A stretch of 45,131 bases of DNA from the IMG/VR virus record IMGVR_UViG_3300037722_001242, positions 1 through 45,131 of that record. One strand, given 5' to 3'. The notes under the pieces are model-generated. The model had not been told where the DNA came from, did not search any database, and was given only the letters and a program-made list of their open reading frames with translations. Positions within the stretch are counted from its first letter, which is position 1; each line of letters begins with the position of its first letter. This stretch comes from a virus (lineage: Duplodnaviria > Caudoviricetes). Of this stretch, positions 1 to 9,433 are shown one piece after another. The translations under genes and the position numbers were made by a program.

Positions 1-42
1 ACGCGGCTGGTCTATCATTCCAGCCGGGGAGGTATACTGTTA
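1..42. repeat. Terminal overlap (copy 1), indicating a circular or circularly permuted assembly
   Basis: 1-42 matches 45090-45131 except T18 vs G45107. Confidence 0.95.
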
Positions 43-290
43 AGTCAGTGCAGGTTACTGGTGAGTGGGGAACAACAGGCGAAATTACTATCCAGGGCTC
101 AAACGACGGAGTTACCTGGTTTACCCTAACTGACTCTCTCCAGACTGATCCTCTTGACCCCACTGCAGATGATTTGATATTTTCTGATGACGGCCTAAAA
201 GATATCCTCCAACATCCTCTGTATATTCGCCCCTCGAAGTCGGGTGCGGATGCTGCCCTTGACGTCGCTGTAGTCATCATAGGAGCGTAG
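1..290 (+). CDS. 3' part of a small virion-module protein that spans the junction (true start GTG 45029)
   Basis: Frame of ORF 48..290 stays open back through the overlap to GTG 45029: MTDYPQNGIIRATWPSIVNADAAGLS(V/F)QPGRYTVKSVQVTGEW...IQGSNDGVTWF; beta-rich. Confidence 0.8.
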   Translation, partial: AAGLSFQPGRYTVKSVQVTGEWGTTGEITIQGSNDGVTWFTLTDSLQTDPLDPTADDLIFSDDGLKDILQHPLYIRPSKSGADAALDVAVVIIGA

Positions 291-291
291 G

Positions 292-1227
292 ATGCCCCTA
301 CTCTCCACCCGCGATCTCAAAGAAGATGTCCTATTCAGATCAGGCGAACCTCTCACCACTTCAGGATGGGAGGCAAAAGCCATTGACTATCTCAATCGAG
401 TCTATGAGACACTAGCATCCGGCGCCTCGGAGTTCCTCCCCGAGTATGTCGAAGACTGGTGGTGGTTGCGCGAGAGTGGGGTGATCCTACTCAATCCCGT
501 ACATACAACAGGAACCTTGGACCTGACTTCGGGTAGCGCTTCCATCACCTTTTCTTCGGCTCCCGCGGATAGCAAGGTTGGCTGGAAACTGAAGGTTCCT
601 GGCCATCCTGATATATTCACCATAGCGACTCACACTGCTGGTGTAGCTGCTGCAACGCTGGATGCAGCTTGGACAGGCGATGATAACTCCGCTGCTACGT
701 ACCAGCTGATGAAGACTATGTACTCCCTATCTGCCAGTGTCAGTGTCCTTATTGGCCCAATGATAGGCTTTAGGCATAGGGCACAGATAAATGGAGTTGC
801 ACCAGAAAGGATGGATTTTTTATATCCTCTGGGTCGGCTCTCTGCAGGACCTCCAGAGGCATTCTCTCTTGAGAATGAGCAGACAGTGCGCTTCAGCCAT
901 GGAGGGCTGAAAGATGGCACTACTATGCGCGTAGAATATCGCTATCGTCCCGTCCTTACAGCTCTTACAGACAGCGATAGCGACTTCCCTCTCGTCCCCA
1001 AACAGTGGCGGCATATACTCTCAGATATGGCCACAACACTTGTCATGATGGACAAGAACGACGACCGATCCAACTCCGTTGCTCTTCTAGCTCGCACCGG
1101 CCTAGCTGGAATGCTCAAGGAGAACCGCCGCCGTCTTGCGAAGATTGACAAGGATGCGGGTCGTGTATATCCTCGCCAGACTGTATCTAGGAGGCTTACT
1201 ACAGAGAGTGGCCTCGTAATAGGATGA
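292..1227 (+). CDS. Putative head-tail adaptor (tail tubular protein A-like) with an inserted beta domain
   Basis: Position before the nozzle; adaptor-like pattern (helical N-terminus; RVEYRYRPVLTALTDSDSDFPLVPKQWRHIL). Confidence 0.65.
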   Translation: MPLLSTRDLKEDVLFRSGEPLTTSGWEAKAIDYLNRVYETLASGASEFLPEYVEDWWWLRESGVILLNPVHTTGTLDLTSGSASITFSSAPADSKVGWKLKVPGHPDIFTIATHTAGVAAATLDAAWTGDDNSAATYQLMKTMYSLSASVSVLIGPMIGFRHRAQINGVAPERMDFLYPLGRLSAGPPEAFSLENEQTVRFSHGGLKDGTTMRVEYRYRPVLTALTDSDSDFPLVPKQWRHILSDMATTLVMMDKNDDRSNSVALLARTGLAGMLKENRRRLAKIDKDAGRVYPRQTVSRRLTTESGLVIG

Positions 1228-1230
1228 TCT

Positions 1231-2829
1231 ATGGCCTACAGAGGGTTTACAGTCAAGCTTCCTGTGGGAGCACAGGGCTTTACGGGCACTCGTAATCCCT
1301 CCCAAGCTGGGCCGGGACATCTCACATTTGTCGATGGCGTTGAGCTATATGGTGGCATTCTCCGAAAGGAGGGTGGCGCGGAGAAGTTCAATGCATCTGC
1401 CATATCTGGCGATCCAACAATCATATCTGGCATCAACTGGAGTCCCGCCGCTGGAGTTACTCACGATGTCATAGTTACAAGCGATGGCGATGTACTGAAG
1501 GATACAGGCGCTGGGACGTTTGGTACAACGCTTGATAGTGGCCTAATAGCAGACCGCGATCCCCCTCCTCTATTCGTCACTGCAGGTGGAGAAGCTGTAG
1601 CAGAACCTCGCAAGCTATTCCTATTCTCAGCATCTAATCAGGTAGGTATAGTAGCTGGTACTGCCGATACTATGGCCGCTATAAGCGACCCTCCTGTAGA
1701 CTGGGATGGCGGAGCATTTCCAACATTCGGCGTCCTACATGCATCTCGCATGTGGGGAGGAGGCAATGCATCTGACCCACATCGTATATACTTCACATCA
1801 GTTGGCGATCATGAGGACTATCTCGATGGAGGAACTCTATCCATATATCCCGGAGAGGGAGAAGGCCTAGTAGGTGGCATATCCTTCCGTGGAGCGCTAG
1901 TACTTTGGAAGTACCCTTCTGGCATATACGTAGTTAACACTACAGACCCAAGCCCAGCTAATTGGACAGTATCTCGCATAACCCGCGCTGTAGGCTCCCT
2001 AAATCAGCATGTCATAGTCCAGATAGATAACGATGTACTATATATGGACTATGCTGGGAACATACATGCCCTGTCTGCCACCCAAGAATTTGGCGACATG
2101 AGCACTTCCAACATCAGTCGTGGCTCGGATATAGAGCCATTTATGCAAGACAATGTGAACCGCCTCCTACTAAAGCGCGCTGTAGGCACATGGTATGCAT
2201 CTAAACGTCAGGCATGGTTCTGCATAACTACTCTAGGTAATGTGGATAATGATCTTCGTGTAGTTCTAGGATTTGAGCAACAGCAGTCTGGCCTACGCTT
2301 CTTCATGTCACGCCGAGATAAGTCGCCATCTATATGGCTACGACCATCATCTGAAGACCTTGTGCCACGACCATCTATAGGCGATAACGAAGGCTTTGTG
2401 TGGAACCTAGATACTGAAGCTCGCAACAAAGATGGCGACGCATATCAGATGCGCTTCGAAACTGCTAATAGTGATCTACAGTTCGCCGATCCTGGTCTGG
2501 CTACTAGGATGAAGTCTGGACAGTTTCTAGAGATAGCCACTGAGCCTCGCGGCGACTGGGACTTGACTGTGGAGCTATACTGGGATGACATATTGACAGA
2601 TGTGCTTCAGTTTAACATGGGCGGTGCAGGGTCACCTCTTGGCTCCTTTACGCTAGATACTGATGTCCTTGGCAGTGAGGCAATTGCATCTCAGCGACAG
2701 AGAGTCACAGGTAGTGGACGTAGAGTACGCCTAATAGGCTACAACAACGGTGAAGGACAGGACGTATCGGTAGCAGAGTTCTTCCTATCTTTCGGCGTCA
2801 TGGATGAGAGGATAAGAGAGGCGTCATGA
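1231..2829 (+). CDS. Putative tail nozzle (tail tubular protein B / P22 gp10-like)
   Basis: 532 aa, beta-propeller-like, follows the adaptor. Confidence 0.65.
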   Translation: MAYRGFTVKLPVGAQGFTGTRNPSQAGPGHLTFVDGVELYGGILRKEGGAEKFNASAISGDPTIISGINWSPAAGVTHDVIVTSDGDVLKDTGAGTFGTTLDSGLIADRDPPPLFVTAGGEAVAEPRKLFLFSASNQVGIVAGTADTMAAISDPPVDWDGGAFPTFGVLHASRMWGGGNASDPHRIYFTSVGDHEDYLDGGTLSIYPGEGEGLVGGISFRGALVLWKYPSGIYVVNTTDPSPANWTVSRITRAVGSLNQHVIVQIDNDVLYMDYAGNIHALSATQEFGDMSTSNISRGSDIEPFMQDNVNRLLLKRAVGTWYASKRQAWFCITTLGNVDNDLRVVLGFEQQQSGLRFFMSRRDKSPSIWLRPSSEDLVPRPSIGDNEGFVWNLDTEARNKDGDAYQMRFETANSDLQFADPGLATRMKSGQFLEIATEPRGDWDLTVELYWDDILTDVLQFNMGGAGSPLGSFTLDTDVLGSEAIASQRQRVTGSGRRVRLIGYNNGEGQDVSVAEFFLSFGVMDERIREAS

Positions 2830-3230
2830 CTATAAAGCGTCCACAGTACGTTGTATTCAACGACTTCGGCCAGATCGAGTCTATGTTCTGCAAACTCTGT
2901 GGCTCAGAGATAGGCAGCATAAAGGACTTGACACAAGGCAGACGCTTTGACAAGTCTACTAAGACTTGGATAGAGGAGCGTATTCGCCAGTTCCGGCGTA
3001 ATAGCAACTATGCTGAGATGAAAATAGAATTCGACGACGGCTCCTGTCATGTGACTAATGGATGTAGGAGGTGTATGCAGTCATCTCTGGACTCAGATGC
3101 CCTTAATGAGTTACATAATGCTGATCTTGATATTGAGGAGGCCCAAGGCAATAAGGGAGTGAAGATGCTCCGCACCCGAAAGGCTCTCCATGTCCTCGCT
3201 GTTCGCACCGATGGAGGCGGTATTACGTGA
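2826..3230 (+). CDS. Hypothetical protein with two CxxC motifs
   Basis: ATGA/GTGA coupling to both neighbours; CKLC and CRRC. Confidence 0.7.
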   Translation: MTIKRPQYVVFNDFGQIESMFCKLCGSEIGSIKDLTQGRRFDKSTKTWIEERIRQFRRNSNYAEMKIEFDDGSCHVTNGCRRCMQSSLDSDALNELHNADLDIEEAQGNKGVKMLRTRKALHVLAVRTDGGGIT

Positions 3231-4411
3231 GCGCTGGCCTATATACGCATACTACTAGAGCTACAGGAACTATCCTGACGGCTGCTATCTATAATGCCGA
3301 CCACATAAATCATATTACTAATCAGAACCCTACAATGACTGGAGCGCTATCGGATAGCGTTGGTGAGTTTCAAGGCACTACAGACCCAGGCGGTATTGGC
3401 TCTGAGAACCTCGCTGCCAATTTGGCAGAAGAGCTACAGATGCTACGCTTCGTCATAAAGCGCTTCCTCGGAGCAGATCAGTGGTATGAAGATGTAGGCG
3501 TGGGGGCGCAGACAGATAGCTCTAACATATTTACTATAACTCAGGCCATCCTATCTACAGTTGTAAACCTTATTCTTAACCGTACTGAGAATGACACAGC
3601 TGAGAGAGAGATAAGGTCTGTTCGGTCTGGCTCAGGCGTTGGGGATAAGTATAGCGAGCGTATTGTTGGGGATGCTGCCAATGGCGTTGCTACATGGAGG
3701 GAATATATAGATGAAGTACTGGCCTATGAGCTGACTAACATTCTGTCCAAGTTCCTATTGAATGTTCAGGTTGGTGATAGTATCCTAATCGATGAGGATG
3801 GGCACTTTGACCTAACAGAGATATCTGCGCCCGCTACGCCTGGAGCCAATGTAGCTCGGTTGTATGCCAAGGACGTGTCAAGCCGCACAATGCTGGCATA
3901 CAAAGATGCCACTGGTAATGAGAACGTCATAGGTGGCATTACTGATAGCGTAGGTGCAGGAGCTCTACTTGCTATATATCAAGATCAGAAGGCTCAAAAT
4001 ACCGCTGGAGGAACATTCACATCTGGGGCATGGCAGATTAGGACCTTAAATACCGAGGTATATGACAGGGATGCTGCCTTTACATTAAGTTCTAACCAAG
4101 TTACTCTCCCTGCGGGATCGTATGAAGCAGAGTGGTGGTGCCCTGCCTCCAATGTCAGCAGGCATCAGAGTAGGCTATTTGATGTTACTAATACGGCTGT
4201 ACTGGGTCTGGGAATGGTGGTAGACACAACCACATCAGGCCAGGACACCGCTGGAAATGTATCACACGGAGTGGCGAAGTTTACTCTAGCTGACGCTACT
4301 GCCATAAGAGTAGAGAATATATGTACTGTTACTAGATCCACTGATGGATTTGGGCCTGCAGGTAACTTCGGAACTGAGATTTACGCTCAGCTAATCATCA
4401 GGAGGGGTTGA
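3227..4411 (+). CDS. Tail fibre/spike protein 1
   Basis: N-terminal anchor shared with the next gene; C-terminal beta-sandwich (DQKAQNTAGGT...WQIRTLNT...VTLPAGSY). Confidence 0.7.
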   Translation: MSAGLYTHTTRATGTILTAAIYNADHINHITNQNPTMTGALSDSVGEFQGTTDPGGIGSENLAANLAEELQMLRFVIKRFLGADQWYEDVGVGAQTDSSNIFTITQAILSTVVNLILNRTENDTAEREIRSVRSGSGVGDKYSERIVGDAANGVATWREYIDEVLAYELTNILSKFLLNVQVGDSILIDEDGHFDLTEISAPATPGANVARLYAKDVSSRTMLAYKDATGNENVIGGITDSVGAGALLAIYQDQKAQNTAGGTFTSGAWQIRTLNTEVYDRDAAFTLSSNQVTLPAGSYEAEWWCPASNVSRHQSRLFDVTNTAVLGLGMVVDTTTSGQDTAGNVSHGVAKFTLADATAIRVENICTVTRSTDGFGPAGNFGTEIYAQLIIRRG

Positions 4412-6936
4412 TGTCTATTATCGTCAGTCACACAACTCGCGCCCCTGGCACTATCCTAACTGCAGCCATATACAATCAGGATCACCTAGTACATATTGCT
4501 AACGCTCTGCAGCTAAATGCTGATAAACTGGAGACGACTAATGTTCCATCTCCTATGCGTGTATTCGACAACAGTGCTGAAGAAGATACAGAAGGAGCTC
4601 TGTTTACAGTAGAGCAAGAGGGCGCTGGTGATGCTGTTATACAACTTCTCAATCCTAATAGGTCGTGGTATTGGGCATTAGATCAGTCTGACAGTGACAA
4701 GCTAAAGCTTGCTACTACAACTGGTATACCAGATCTTAGTACTGATACAGTTCTGACTATAGACCCATCTACAGGTTCTATAAATGTGCCTGGTGGAATT
4801 ATCCTAGCGTCTGACATAGTTCTGTATGATACGGTTAATGACGGCAATCCGCAGCTTCGCATAGGTGTAGCAGACACTGAAGAGCTGCACATCCAGGCCG
4901 TCTACGACACGGGCGCACAGACGCTGGACTACGTGCTGTTCCAGACTGATGTAGTGAGTGCCACATCGGACAAGGGCAGGTATCGGTTCAATGTCGATGG
5001 GACGAACATTCTTGACATCACGGACTCAGGTATCGACTTTTTGCAGTCTGGCGCTGTACTTGACTTCGCTGGAGACCTAACCCTCACCCATTCCGAAAAC
5101 CTGCTGACACTGGCGGGGGGTGATCTGGCCCTCGGCGCTAATCTGAATATTGCAGCGACCACTAGCGCAGACGTGGGCGTGATCGAACAAGGCGGCAATC
5201 GCTTCATTTACGCCTACGGACTCCACAACCTGTTCGTGGGAGCCTTCTCGGGGAATTTCACGCTTACCGGCACAGAGAATCTCGGGGTCGGGCAGAACGC
5301 CCTTGATGCACTGACAACTGGTCAGAAAAACACCGCCCTCGGCTATTTGTCCGGCTCGGCAATCACGACCGGCAGCTTCAACTTCGCCCTGGGCTATCGG
5401 TCGCTGCTGGCGCTGACGACGGGCGGCCAGAACGTCGGCATCGGATCGGATACGCTCACCGAGATTACGACCCAGAGCAACAACATCGCTATCGGCCATG
5501 CCACCATGTGGCAGTGTGAAGGTGCCGTTGATTCGGTCGCTATCGGCGCCGGCGTTATGTTCAACGGCTCGGCACCGACGCGCTTTGTTGCCATCGGCAC
5601 GAACGTCGCCAGCCAGACCGGCATCACCACGGCTCAAGACGACGTTCTGATCGGCTATCGTGCCGGCTATGCCCTGACAAGCGGCTCTGACAACGTGCTT
5701 GTGGGAAGCAACGCAGGCAACAGCGTCACCACCGGCAGTGGTAACACCGCGATCGGAAACGATACCGGCCAAGGGATCACAACGGGGTCCAACAACACCA
5801 TAATCGGGGCCAACGTCACAGGGTTGTCGGCATCGCTGGCTAACAACGTGATCCTCGCCGACGGCTCTGGGGCTATCCGGCTTCAGTTTAATTCTTCCGG
5901 GGTGTTGACCTCAGATCTGACAGCTTCTGGAACCGTCACGGCGACAAGCCTGACGGCCGCTCAAGACATCGCTGCCTCCCACGCCCTCACAATCTCCAAT
6001 CCAAATATCGGCGGTGACGCAAGACTGGCTATAAGCTCCGGGACTGGAACGCCGGTGCAATGCAACTTTATTTGTTCGTATGGATCGACTGCGACGTTCT
6101 TGGAGGCAGTCGGCGGCAGCTTCCTGATGGGTACGGTCGGGGCCGACGACTTCAGTCTATATTCCGACGATACAGTTCGCATGGTGATTGGAGGTGCAGG
6201 AGGCATCTCCCTCGCTGCTGGTGCTACCTGGACCGATCTTGGCGAGGTGACGACATGTGACATCAACGGCGGCAGCATGGATGGGGTCCCCATAGGTGCG
6301 GCCAATGCAGAGGCAGGGACGTTCACGAGCCTCACGACGAGTGGCGTGGTGCTGGTAAACTCCGCCACGCAGTTCACTATAGAAGGTGAAGCATCTCTGC
6401 TCCAGATGGCGGCCACCGATCCCAGCGATTGGGGACAAATCCAGGCGCTGTTCTCCAATGATCAGTTCGGCACCGGGTTGGCTATGGCCAAGTCCCGCAA
6501 TACGACAGTGGGCAGTCATACTGTCGTTGCCAACAGTGACATCTTGGGCAACATCTACTTCTATGGCTCCGATGGCACGGGGTTCATCGCAGCGGCCAAT
6601 ATCATAGTTCAAGTGGATGGTACGCCAGGGACCAATGATATGCCGGGTAGGATTGTGTTTTCGACCACACCTGATGGAGCATCTACCCCGGTTGAGGCGC
6701 TGCGCATTCCCTCTAGCGGAGGTATAGTAGCACAGGTGGCAGGTGCCGCTGCCGTCCCCGTGCTTACCCTCGCACAGAATGATGTATCAGAAGATATGAT
6801 CGAGTTTGTCTCTACCATTGGAGTAGGCAACGCTATCGAGGCAGTGGGGGCTAAGACGCTGACTCCGACGCACTTCATCAAATGTACTATTGATGGCGTT
6901 GGAGTGAGATATCTACAACTTGGCACAATAGCTTAG
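4408..6936 (+). CDS. Tail fibre/receptor-binding protein 2 with YadA-head-like beta-roll repeats
   Basis: 842 aa, G/T/N-rich; ~14-aa repeats TTG-x-x-N-x-A-(L/I)-G. Confidence 0.75.
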   Translation: MMSIIVSHTTRAPGTILTAAIYNQDHLVHIANALQLNADKLETTNVPSPMRVFDNSAEEDTEGALFTVEQEGAGDAVIQLLNPNRSWYWALDQSDSDKLKLATTTGIPDLSTDTVLTIDPSTGSINVPGGIILASDIVLYDTVNDGNPQLRIGVADTEELHIQAVYDTGAQTLDYVLFQTDVVSATSDKGRYRFNVDGTNILDITDSGIDFLQSGAVLDFAGDLTLTHSENLLTLAGGDLALGANLNIAATTSADVGVIEQGGNRFIYAYGLHNLFVGAFSGNFTLTGTENLGVGQNALDALTTGQKNTALGYLSGSAITTGSFNFALGYRSLLALTTGGQNVGIGSDTLTEITTQSNNIAIGHATMWQCEGAVDSVAIGAGVMFNGSAPTRFVAIGTNVASQTGITTAQDDVLIGYRAGYALTSGSDNVLVGSNAGNSVTTGSGNTAIGNDTGQGITTGSNNTIIGANVTGLSASLANNVILADGSGAIRLQFNSSGVLTSDLTASGTVTATSLTAAQDIAASHALTISNPNIGGDARLAISSGTGTPVQCNFICSYGSTATFLEAVGGSFLMGTVGADDFSLYSDDTVRMVIGGAGGISLAAGATWTDLGEVTTCDINGGSMDGVPIGAANAEAGTFTSLTTSGVVLVNSATQFTIEGEASLLQMAATDPSDWGQIQALFSNDQFGTGLAMAKSRNTTVGSHTVVANSDILGNIYFYGSDGTGFIAAANIIVQVDGTPGTNDMPGRIVFSTTPDGASTPVEALRIPSSGGIVAQVAGAAAVPVLTLAQNDVSEDMIEFVSTIGVGNAIEAVGAKTLTPTHFIKCTIDGVGVRYLQLGTIA

Positions 6937-6946
6937 GAGCATAACA

Positions 6947-7339
6947 ATGCGCTTTGATCCAAATATAACTATCAACGACCGCAATGGAAATCCTATACAT
7001 GGGTTTGACAAGGATCAGCTACTAACAATAGGCTCCATTGCTATCAAGTCGCTAGACAATGTAGCTGGTAAGGGAGATGAAGATCGTCTTCTTCGTCAAT
7101 TTCGTATAAGTACGCAGATATACGATGCTATGAGCAGCTACACAACGCTGAATATTCCTAAGGATGAGATGAAACTAATTATGGAGGTGGTCAAGGATAT
7201 GGCAGTTAACCGCTTGTCTCCAGATGGTGTCCTTATATATGGTCGCTTCTGTGAAGCGGTGGATGATATGAAGGAGAATGAAGCGCATTCTTCTCCTAAT
7301 GGTAAGAGTGAGCATGATGTGAAGAGCAAAGCAGTATAG
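6947..7339 (+). CDS. Hypothetical protein, possible tail-fibre chaperone
   Basis: AGGAG RBS; directly after the fibre gene. Confidence 0.55.
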   Translation: MRFDPNITINDRNGNPIHGFDKDQLLTIGSIAIKSLDNVAGKGDEDRLLRQFRISTQIYDAMSSYTTLNIPKDEMKLIMEVVKDMAVNRLSPDGVLIYGRFCEAVDDMKENEAHSSPNGKSEHDVKSKAV

Positions 7340-7347
7340 CAACAACC

Positions 7348-7376
7348 TTGCGTCATATGGCTGACCATGATATAAG
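7348..7376 (+). promoter_or_regulatory. Possible sigma70-type promoter
   Basis: TTGCGT-N17-TATAAG just upstream of ATG 7385. Confidence 0.3.
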
Positions 7377-7384
7377 GCCAAACT

Positions 7385-7609
7385 ATGAGTTGGGCATCTA
7401 TCATAGTCACAATCTTGAAGCTAATACTCACTGGCATGAGTTGGCTTAAGGATAGAGACCTGATGAAGGCAGGAGAGGACACTGCAGTTGCAAAGGCTGC
7501 CCTGGAGGTGCTAGACGCTACTACAGAGGGCCAGCGACTACGTAATATGCTTGCTATGCACGATGATGCTGAAGCGGAAATGCTATGGAATAGGATGCTC
7601 AATGAGTAA
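7385..7609 (+). CDS. Putative i-spanin-like membrane protein
   Basis: N-terminal TM helix plus helical tail; overlaps a Cys-rich partner gene. Confidence 0.5.
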   Translation: MSWASIIVTILKLILTGMSWLKDRDLMKAGEDTAVAKAALEVLDATTEGQRLRNMLAMHDDAEAEMLWNRMLNE

Positions 7610-7841
7610 TGGGGTGTTCTGCTTCATTGTATGTTTTGGAAGTGTAGCAGATCAGGCTGCAACTCCTCCACCAGATACGTTCTGCGCCGTATACCAAAGG
7701 CAGGTGCTTACGCAAGATGAGCTAAACGCAATTCTGAAGCTTCCTCGCCATCTGCGAGATCGACTTCAGTACAATGATCTGCACTATCTATGCAGATGTC
7801 AAGGCTGGGAGTCTACAGAATGCAAATCGACTCAACCATAA
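7602..7841 (+). CDS. Putative o-spanin-like Cys-rich protein
   Basis: Likely start ATG 7602; PPPDTFCAVY...YLCRC; no clear lipobox. Confidence 0.4.
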   Translation: MSNGVFCFIVCFGSVADQAATPPPDTFCAVYQRQVLTQDELNAILKLPRHLRDRLQYNDLHYLCRCQGWESTECKSTQP

Positions 7842-8077
7842 ATATAGGGCATATATTCATAGTCGTCAGCGTCCTATCCTCGGGAGTAGCTGGGTACTAT
7901 GCTCTTCGCAATACTATTGACAACCATGAGTGGAGGCTGACAAATATGGAGGATGTAATTAAAGAGCAGAACCGCATAAATCGAAAGACTGGTGAAACAC
8001 TATCTACTATCAGTAGTGATATAGCAGTCATACGACATCGTACAGAGACACCATCACTCCTAAGTCCAGCCAGATGA
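7820..8077 (+). CDS. Single-TM coiled-coil membrane protein (lysis-associated?)
   Basis: Likely start ATG 7820; TM INIGHIFIVVSVLSSGVAGYYAL followed by a coiled coil. Confidence 0.55.
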   Translation: MQIDSTINIGHIFIVVSVLSSGVAGYYALRNTIDNHEWRLTNMEDVIKEQNRINRKTGETLSTISSDIAVIRHRTETPSLLSPAR

Positions 8078-8496
8078 CGGATCTACGCATAGCACAAAAT
8101 CCAGGGGACTATCAGCGCGCCCGCGTCCTTATTCGCAGAGAAAGTGTTGTGCTAAACCATACTTTGAAGTTTCCAACTATTCTTGCTATCAACGAGGGTG
8201 ATGTAGTTGGAGTAGTAGGTACTACTATCCAAAACAAGATGATTATTGCAGGGCCTCTTGCTATAGACAGCTCTCAGCGGCGCGTATTTACAGCGCTTAG
8301 GCTGATGGAGGCTTATGATACCGCTATGAGGAATATAGGAGTTAGGACATACATCCTACCAGTTGAGCAGGGGTCGCTTCTAGGGAAGATAGTTGAGAGA
8401 TATTACAAGGATGTCACTCCATATGCAGGTAATGGAAACGTGATGTTCTATACACGACGACTAGATGGATCACAGGAGGCAGCCCATGGCGCCTGA
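8074..8496 (+). CDS. GNAT-fold acetyltransferase-like protein
   Basis: GNAT-like pattern (GDVVGVVG...ALRLMEAYDTAMRNIGVRTY); position before ejection proteins is common in podoviruses. Confidence 0.5.
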   Translation: MTDLRIAQNPGDYQRARVLIRRESVVLNHTLKFPTILAINEGDVVGVVGTTIQNKMIIAGPLAIDSSQRRVFTALRLMEAYDTAMRNIGVRTYILPVEQGSLLGKIVERYYKDVTPYAGNGNVMFYTRRLDGSQEAAHGA

Positions 8497-9433
8497 TGTA
8501 GATGTTCCTCCCCCAAGCAGTCAAGAGAAGGCTCTGCAAGAGCAGCAGGCTGCGCTGTTGTCGGAGCAGACTAGCATCTTACAGCAGCAGCGTCAGTTGC
8601 AGCAAGCTCTGCTACCTATCCTCGGTCAGCAGTATGGCTTTGAGTTCTCGTTCGATGAGCAGGGGAATGTCACAGGTGTAACTGAGACCGACCCTGAGTC
8701 CCGTGAGCGCCGATCAGAGATACTCAAGCTTGAGGAAGAGAGGTCGCTAGCCGCCTTGAAGGGTGACCTTCCAGTCGATCCTGTCCTTGAGAGGAACATA
8801 GAGCAGCAGGAGCAGACGCTACGAGAGCGGCTAGAAAGGCAGTTCGGGCCTGGCTATGAGACAAGCACGCCTGGCATAGAGACGCTGGATCAGTTCTTCC
8901 AGTCGTCAGAGGGGCTACGATATGGTGCAAGAACGGGGCAGCTCACGCTGGCTGAGCAGCTGGCGCTGGCGCGGCAGGGCAGTGAGCTGTCTAGTGGCGG
9001 AGCTGCAGGATCGTTCAGCAATGCTACGTTGGGACAGCAGTTAGGCCTTGCAGGCGCCTTTGGTCAAGGTGCAGCAGGGTATGGACAGGCACAGCAAGGG
9101 TATCAGTTTGATAGGCAGCTACGAACGTCGGGGTCTATTGCGCAGGAACAGCTGATGCAGAAATTCTATAGCGGCATAGGCGATCTAGCAGGTACTGCGC
9201 TATTCGCACCCACAAGTGGAACTGCTGCTGGTGCACTGTTCTCTGACAGTGCTCTGAAGGAGAACATAGTCAAGGTAGGCGATACGTACCATGGTCTAGG
9301 CATATACAAGTACAACCTAAAAGGCGACAGTGTGCCTCGTCTAGGATTTATGGCAGAGGAAGTTGCCGTCATTCGACCTGATGCAGTTGCAGAGAAGGAT
9401 GGCTTCCTGACAGTCGACTATAGGGTGCTATGA
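8486..9433 (+). CDS. Internal virion/ejection protein with a C-terminal peptidase S74 intramolecular chaperone domain
   Basis: AGGAGG RBS before ATG 8486; Q/G/A-rich; SDSALKENI...IYKYN...GFMAEEV...PDAV...VDY. Confidence 0.7.
   Translation: MAPDVDVPPPSSQEKALQEQQAALLSEQTSILQQQRQLQQALLPILGQQYGFEFSFDEQGNVTGVTETDPESRERRSEILKLEEERSLAALKGDLPVDPVLERNIEQQEQTLRERLERQFGPGYETSTPGIETLDQFFQSSEGLRYGARTGQLTLAEQLALARQGSELSSGGAAGSFSNATLGQQLGLAGAFGQGAAGYGQAQQGYQFDRQLRTSGSIAQEQLMQKFYSGIGDLAGTALFAPTSGTAAGALFSDSALKENIVKVGDTYHGLGIYKYNLKGDSVPRLGFMAEEVAVIRPDAVAEKDGFLTVDYRVL

Noticed and set aside
5077-6926. Long antisense ORFs in the tail fibre (and similar ones over the ejection, portal and capsid genes)
   Set aside because: They are shadow frames of well-supported genes, with no RBS or motifs
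9292-9313. Possible self-target of guide TGGTCTAG/AAACTTGT
   Set aside because: The half-sites are separated by 6 nt and the second is only 6/8; such a match is expected by chance
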